A stretch of DNA of 64,000 bases from assembly GCF_009914755.1 (NCBI RefSeq), contig NC_060946.1. One strand, written 5' to 3'. Shown piece by piece: positions 53,619-64,000 of the stretch. The notes under the pieces are model-generated. The model was not told the DNA's origin and did no database searches. It saw nothing but the letters and a program-made list of their open reading frames with translations. The position numbers and the translations under genes are program-made. This DNA comes from the human T2T-CHM13v2.0 reference genome, Homo sapiens. Each line of letters starts with the position of its first letter. Within the stretch, counting starts at the first letter, position 1.

Positions 53619-53774
53619 TTAGGGTCTGATGGACTTAGACGTCCCAGTTCCCAGGATTGGGGTAAGCAGAATACTTTCTTTTCTTTTTTTAATTATCTTT
53701 TTTTTGGCTGGGTGTAGTGGCTCATGCCTGAAATCTTACTTTGGGAGGCTGAGGTGGGCGGACTGCTTGACCTA

Positions 53775-54047
<273 letters not shown>

Positions 54048-54112
54048 TCATGCCTGTAATCCCAGCATTTTGGGAGGCTGAGGTGGGAGGATCACCTGAG
54101 GTCAGGAGTTCA

Positions 54113-54472
<360 letters not shown>

Positions 54473-54830
54473 TCATAATATCTCATCAATCCTAACAGAA
54501 TGGCCTCAATCATTTGGTATATGCAATCTCACACGTAGAGTTTTGTTTTGTTTTGTTTTGTTTGCTTGTTTTAGAGACAGGGATGTGCTCTGGCACCCAG
54601 GCTGGAGTGCAGTGGCACAATCATAGCTCACCGCAGCTGCCAACTCCTGGGCTCAAGCAACCCTCCTGCCACAGCCTCCTGAGAAGCTGGACACAGGCAT
54701 GGGCTACCACACCCGGGTAACTTTTTTAACATAGAGTTTGCATTTTTATGAGAATTTTGTGCAGTAGAAGTTATTACAATTTTTGTGTTTGTAGGGTACA
54801 AACCTGTACCAGTACTATAAACAATAATAA

Positions 54831-55224
<394 letters not shown>

Positions 55225-55309
55225 TAAAGAAATGCTTCAGTAATAAAACTCCCACATATATTCATCAATATATCAATGTGTGTTGAGAAAGAATAATTTG
55301 ACTACATAA

Positions 55310-55447
<138 letters not shown>

Positions 55448-56312
55448 TGAGCAGCTGGGACCACAAGTGCACACCATCATGCCTAGCTAATTTTTCTATT
55501 TTAAGTAGAGACGGGGTTTCACCATGTTGGCCAGGCTGGTCTTGAACTCCTGACCTCAAGTGATCCACCCGCTTCAGCCTCCCAAAGTGCTGGGATTTCA
55601 GGCGTGGGCCACTGCACCCGACCTATTTTTGTTATTATTATTATTATTATTATTTTTTGGAGACAGGGTCTCATTCTGTTTCCCAGGCTGGAGTACAGTG
55701 GCACCATCACGTCTCCCTGCAGCCTCGACCTTCTAGGCTCAAGTGATCCTCCCATCTCAGCCTCCCAGGTAGCTGGGACCACAAGCGTGTACCACCATGC
55801 TCTGCTCATTTTTAAAATTTTTGGTGACATTTTGGAGTCTCACTATGTTGTTCAGGCTGGTCTCAAACTCTTTGGCTCAAATGATACTCCCACCTCGGCC
55901 CCCCAAAGTGCTGGGATTAAAGGCTTGAACCACCATGCCCGGTCTCCTGGTGCACTTGAAATATAATTTAGACTCCTCACAATGGCCAACAAGGCTTTGT
56001 ATGACCCAGCCCCTGCTGTATGACCCAGCCCTTACTCTCATTCACTGTTTTCCAAACATTCAAGCCACTTTCTGTTCCTCAAAAGCCCATTCCTGCCTTA
56101 GAGACTTCACACCCGTAGCTCTTACAATTTCTGCTTCTTTATCATTGAAGCCTCAGCTCAAATGTCACATCCTCAGTAAGCTCCCATCTGCCCACTTTTT
56201 AAATTATGGTAACTAACCATGGAAGTTCAGCAAATATTTCTTTCTCCCTCTTTTTAGACACGAAGTGGAATTGCATGTCTTTGACTTTGTCATGTGAGGG
56301 GTGACCATGTGA

Positions 56313-56492
<180 letters not shown>

Positions 56493-56648
56493 TGACACTG
56501 CGCTGGGGTAATTTTTTGTATTTTTTGTAGATACGGGTTTTTGCCATGTTGGCCAGGCTGCTCTCGAGCTCCTGAGCTCAAGTGATCTGCCCGCCTTGGC
56601 CTCCCAATGTGCCTGGATTACAGATGTGAGCCACCACACCCAGCCTTA

Positions 56649-56799
<151 letters not shown>

Positions 56800-57304
56800 T
56801 GAGTAGCTGGGACTACAGGCATGTGCCACCACATCCAGCTAATTTTTTTATTTTTAGCAGAGATGGGGTTTCACCACATTGGCCAAGCTGATCTTGAATT
56901 CCTGACCTCAGGTGATCCACCCACCTCGGCCTCTCAAAGTGCTGAGACTACAGAAGTGAGCCACCACGTCCAGCAGGCAGCAACATTTTTAAGAGCCAAT
57001 GCCTGATTTTCTGCATCATCCCTTTTTCCTGTCTTGGTGATCACAGAAGCACGTGTCGAAATTGAGCACCTCTCAGTCAGGATCCCTGAGCAACTTATGG
57101 AAATCAAAGCCCCCTTTCCAACCAGTGATGGATGTGTAGGATGAATGAGAAATAAACCTTTATTGAGTCAAAAGACTGAGGTTTTGGAGTTGTTACTGCA
57201 GCTTAATTAGCCTGTCCTGACTGATACACTATGTGCCAGACCCTCATCTGGGGTCTCTACCCACATTATCTCATCTACTTCTCACAACATCCGAATAAAG
57301 TAGC

Positions 57305-58144
<840 letters not shown>

Positions 58145-58430
58145 TCAAAAAAAAAAAAAAAAAAAAGAAAAGAAAAAGAAAGAAAGAAAGCATTTTGTAG
58201 TCAGGCTCTCACTATGTTGCCTAGGCTGGCCTTGAACTGTTGGCCTCAAGCAATCCTCCCAGCTCACCCTCCCAAAGTGTTGAGATTATAGGCATGAGCC
58301 ACCATGCCCGGCCTCAAAGACTTTCAAATTTATGTTTGAAGAAGGAACTGACGGAGTCATGGGTTTTATTATATACTCATATATTGCAAGAAAAGAGAAC
58401 TGCCAATTTTCATACTCTGGGTATATATGA

Positions 58431-58799
<369 letters not shown>

Positions 58800-59981
58800 T
58801 GACCAGGCTTGTCTCAAACTCCTGGCCTCAAGTGATCCTCCCGTCTCTGCCTCTCAAAGTGCTAGGATGACAGGTGTGAGCCACCGTGCTCGGCCCATAT
58901 GTAAATAAATACAAGTGTTTATATCTTTATGTGTACAGAGATGTCATTTGATATTTTAATTGTTACTTTAATATTCTAATAGCAATATCATGACAACAAT
59001 TATCAAACACAACATCCAATTAGAATAACAGGCATTTCTGATCTCCCACCTCAGCTACCTTTTGTGCGGTTTTTGAGGTTAAAGGTTTTTGGTTTCGGGG
59101 TTTTTTTTTTTGCAAGACCTAAAAATAATGTCTGAATTCTGAGTGTCTTCAAAGACCCCTTCCCTTTGTACAAATACTGCCAGGGACAGTTGTTTTATTA
59201 CTTAAAATAAATGTTATTGAAGTATAGTTTACATACAATACAATGCACTTATTTTAAATGTATAGGTTTTTTTTGAGACAGGGTCTCACTTTAACTGTAC
59301 AGTTTGATGAGGCTTAGCAAATAGATATATCTGAATACCCACTGCCACTATCAAGATATAGAACTTTCTGCTGGGTGCAGTGGCTCATGCCTGTAATCCC
59401 AACTTTGGGAGGCTGAATCGGGAGGATTGCTTGAGGCCAGGACTTTCAGGACAGCCTGGGCAATGTAGGAGCTACCTGGCTACAGTTTTTTTAAAAAATT
59501 AGCCAGGCATGGTGGCATGCACCTGTGGTCCCAGCTTCTCAGGAGGCTGAGGCAGGAGGATCACTTGAGCCAGGAGTTGGAGGCAGCAGTGAGCTATGAC
59601 CACAATACTGCACTTCAGCCTGGGTGACAGGGCAAGATGCTGTCACAAAAAAAAAAAAAAAAAAAAAAATTAAAGCCGGGTGTGATGGCTCACACTTGTA
59701 TTCCCAACACTTTGAGAAGCCAAGGTGGAAGCATTGTTTGACCCCAGGAGTTCCAGACCAGCCTGGGCAATATAGTGCTATATCATCTCTACAAAGAATA
59801 TTTAAACATTTAGCCAAGCGTGTTGGCAAAGGCCTGTGGTCCCAGCTACTTGGGAGGCTGAGGTGGAAGGATCACCTAGGCCCAGGTCAGGAAGGCTGTT
59901 GTGAATTGAGGCAGAGCCACTGCACTCCAGCCTGAGCAACACAATGAGACCCTGTCTCAAAATAAAAACAAAAACAAATCA

Positions 59982-60173
<192 letters not shown>

Positions 60174-62752
60174 TCAGAGGCTGAGGCAGGAGAATTGCTT
60201 GAACCTGGGAGGCAGAGGTTGCAGTGAGCCGAGATCGAGCCACTGCACCCCAGCCTGGGTGATAAAGTGAGATCCTGTCTCAAAAAAAAAAAAAAAAAAA
60301 AAAAGAACTTTCTCATTACTCCAGGGAGTTCCCTCTGACCCCTCCCAGTCAATCCACCTTCCAGCCCTGACCCAGGCAACCACTGATCTGCTCTGTGTCA
60401 CTATGGATTAGATTTGGTGTTTCCAGAATTTTATATCAATAGAAGTATACGGGGCGCTCTTTTAGATCTGGCTTCTTCCACACAGCATGTTTTTGAGATT
60501 CATCCATTTTCTGCATGTTTTAGTATCTTGTTCCCAAGTATCACTTTTAGCAACAGAAAACAGAACAAATTTCATGAGTATATCAATTACACACCTTATT
60601 CAGGCAAGATTCTTTGAATCAATTTTATGACATGAAATGGTGTCTACCACTTTGCAGCTGCTGAAAAGAGACACATCCTCTTTCTTTCTTTCTTTCTTTC
60701 TTTTTTTTTGGAGACGGAGTTTCACTCTTGTTGCCCAGGCTAGAGTGCAATGGGACGATCTCGGCTCACCACAACCTCCACCTCCTGGATTCCCGGATTC
60801 AAGCGATTCTCCTGCCACAGCCTCCTGAGTAGCTGGGATTACAGGCGTGTGCCACCACGCCCAGATAATTTTTGCATTTTTAGTAGAGACAGGGTTTCAC
60901 CATGTTGACAGGCTGGTCTCGAACTCCTGACCTCAGATGATCCACACGCCTCAGCCTCCCAAAGTGCTGGGATTACAGGTGAGAGCCACTGCGCCTTGGC
61001 TCTCTTTCTTGTCTCCCTGAAATTGCTTTTCTCTCACAACATTCTCAAGCTCGATATCAGTTTTCCATAAGCTGCAAAAAAAAAAAAAAAAAAAAAAATT
61101 AAGGCCAAGGAGCTCAAAACCTAACATATGAAAAGGGAAAAGGCAAGATGGGAATTTTAAACAGGAGGAATGAGGGGCACATAATGTGTTTCTCGGTTCC
61201 ACCTGATATAAATTCTTATCTGTAGCCTGAGAGCAGCATAGCAAGATCCCATCTCTACAAAAAAATACAAAAACTAGCCAGGAGTGCTGGTGCACACCTG
61301 TGGTCCCAGCTACTTAAGAGGTTGAGGCACAAGGATCTTGAGCCCAGATTGAGGCTGCGTAAGCTGAGATCACACCACTGCACTCCAGCCTGGGTGACAG
61401 AGTGAGACCCTGTCTCTAAATAAATAAATTAGCATGTGTTCCACTCACCTTCTCACATCTCCCTGATTAATCTTTGAAATTTGGCATAATCTGAAATTAC
61501 CACTGAGCAGATATGGTGGCTCACGCCTGTAATCCCAGCACTTTGGGAGGCCAAGTCTGGAGGATCACTTGAGCCTAGGAGTTTGAGAGAAGCCTGGGCA
61601 ACAGAGTGGGGCCCCATCTATAATAAAAATGTCGTTAAAGGTCAGGCGCAGTGGCTTATGCCTGTAATCCCAACATTTTGGGAGGCCAAGGCGGGCGGAT
61701 CACGAGGTCAGGAGATCGAGACCATCCTGGGCAACATGGTGAAACCCTGTCCCTACAGGCGTGGTGCACGCCTGTAATCCCAGCTACTGGGGAGGCTGAG
61801 GCGGGGAATTTCTTGAACCCAGGAGGCAGAGGTTGCAGTAAGCTGAGATCGCACCACTGCACTCCAGCCTGGCAACAGAGTGAGACTGTGTCTCAAAAAA
61901 AAAAAAAAAAAAGTTGTTAAAATCAGCCGGGTGGCATGTGCACATAGTCCCAGCCACCTTGGAGGCTGAGGTAGGAGGATCGTTTGACCCCAGGTGTTTG
62001 AGGCTGCAGAGAGCTATGATCGCACCGCTTCACTCCAGCCTGGGCACCAGAGTGAGACTCTCTCTCAAAATAAAAAGAAAAAAGAAACAAATTACTTTGT
62101 TTATTTCTCTGAATGCCTGTGGTCTGCAATTCTGCAGCCTTTGCCTCCCAAGTAGCTGGGACTACAGGCGTGCACCACCATGCCCAGCTAATTTTTGTAT
62201 TTTCAGTAGAGACAAGGTTTCGCCATGTTGGCCAGTCTGGTCCCGAACTCCTGGGCTCAAGCAATCCTCCCACCTCAGCCTCCCAAAGTGCTGGGATTAC
62301 AGGTGTGAGCAACTGGCGCCCAGCCAATACCTGAAGTTCCAGCTCATCCATATTAACTGCTGGAGTATGTTCCATGGTGTGGATTCACCACTATCCTTTT
62401 CCTGTTGAGCATTTAGGCTGTTTTCATTTTTCACTTGTTCAATCAATGCTGCCATGTACACTCCAGCAGTACACTGCAGTAGTGGCTTGTGTGAGATTTC
62501 TCCAGGTGTGTCCTAGGGTTGGAGCTGCTGGGTTGCAGGGTCTGTTCATCTCCAAGGAGGTTGTCCACACCAGGGCTTTTACCGCCAGCTGCCTCACAAT
62601 AGAGAAGCATCCAGTCACCAGGGCCTCCCTTGGCCCCATGCAGGTCCGGGTGTCCACCCCAATCAACAGTTTTGCTTATTTCTGGTCCACAAAAAGGTTT
62701 CAGTTATTTTGATCTTGGCTAGACCTTTTGGGGGTCTTTTTTTTTTCCTTGA

Positions 62753-63078
<326 letters not shown>

Positions 63079-63104
63079 TGATCCTTGATGTTACTATTGT
63101 ATCA

Positions 63105-63146
63105 GTGCAAAAGTAATTGTGGGTTTTGTCATTAAAAGTAATGGCA
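63105..63146. mobile_element. MADE1 (mariner MITE) half-element
   Basis: gtgcaaaagtaattgtgggttttgtcattaaaagtaatggca. Confidence 0.7.
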
Positions 63147-63150
63147 CTAG

Positions 63151-63559
<409 letters not shown>

Positions 63560-63809
63560 TGACAGTCTGAGAACGACTGCTCTGGAAGATTTTATCTGTG
63601 ACCCAGAGCTTTGACCCTTTTGGGGATTTGGTGTGTCATGTCCTTACTGCTGGAGTTTGCTTTAGTTAACAAAATCTGTCATTGCTCCCAAATCACTTGG
63701 TAGGGGTTATTCATTCTTCCTTGAGTTGAGCTTCTTTATCTTTGCTGTTAATAAAATGTAAGTTTCAAACATTTCTTTTTTCTTTTAGGGACAGGGTCTT
63801 GCTCTGTTA

Positions 63810-64000
<191 letters not shown>

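Overview
Primate (almost certainly human) genomic DNA matching the RGL4/GUSBP11 locus at 22q11.23. + strand: the complete 11-exon RGL4 CDS (21232-28081; 1422 nt, 473 aa; RalGDS-type CDC25 GEF with no RA domain). - strand: an unprocessed GUSB pseudogene fragment (GUSBP11 5' end: CpG-island promoter plus GUSB exons 1-4, 43400-46626). The rest is mostly interspersed repeats, including a ~12 kb mosaic of old L1 pieces with an internal ~4.7-4.85 kb duplication and a very Alu-dense 41-64 kb. Main finding: 1-4 kb upstream of the annotated RGL4 start lie three exons with intact splice sites (17367-17507, 17946-18053, 19975-20148) and a decayed fourth (~20799-20883). Exons B-D align in order with the RalGDS N-terminus/REM (RasGEF_N) domain. 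One extra base in a GGG run (20034-20036) breaks the frame. Without it, exons A-B-C splice in frame onto RGL4 exon 2, giving a much longer RalGDS-like protein with a Cys-rich/basic N-terminus. The annotated first coding exon therefore looks like a secondary, intron-derived start. Homology calls rest on my recollection of the RalGDS and GUSB sequences, and repeat subfamily names are approximate.
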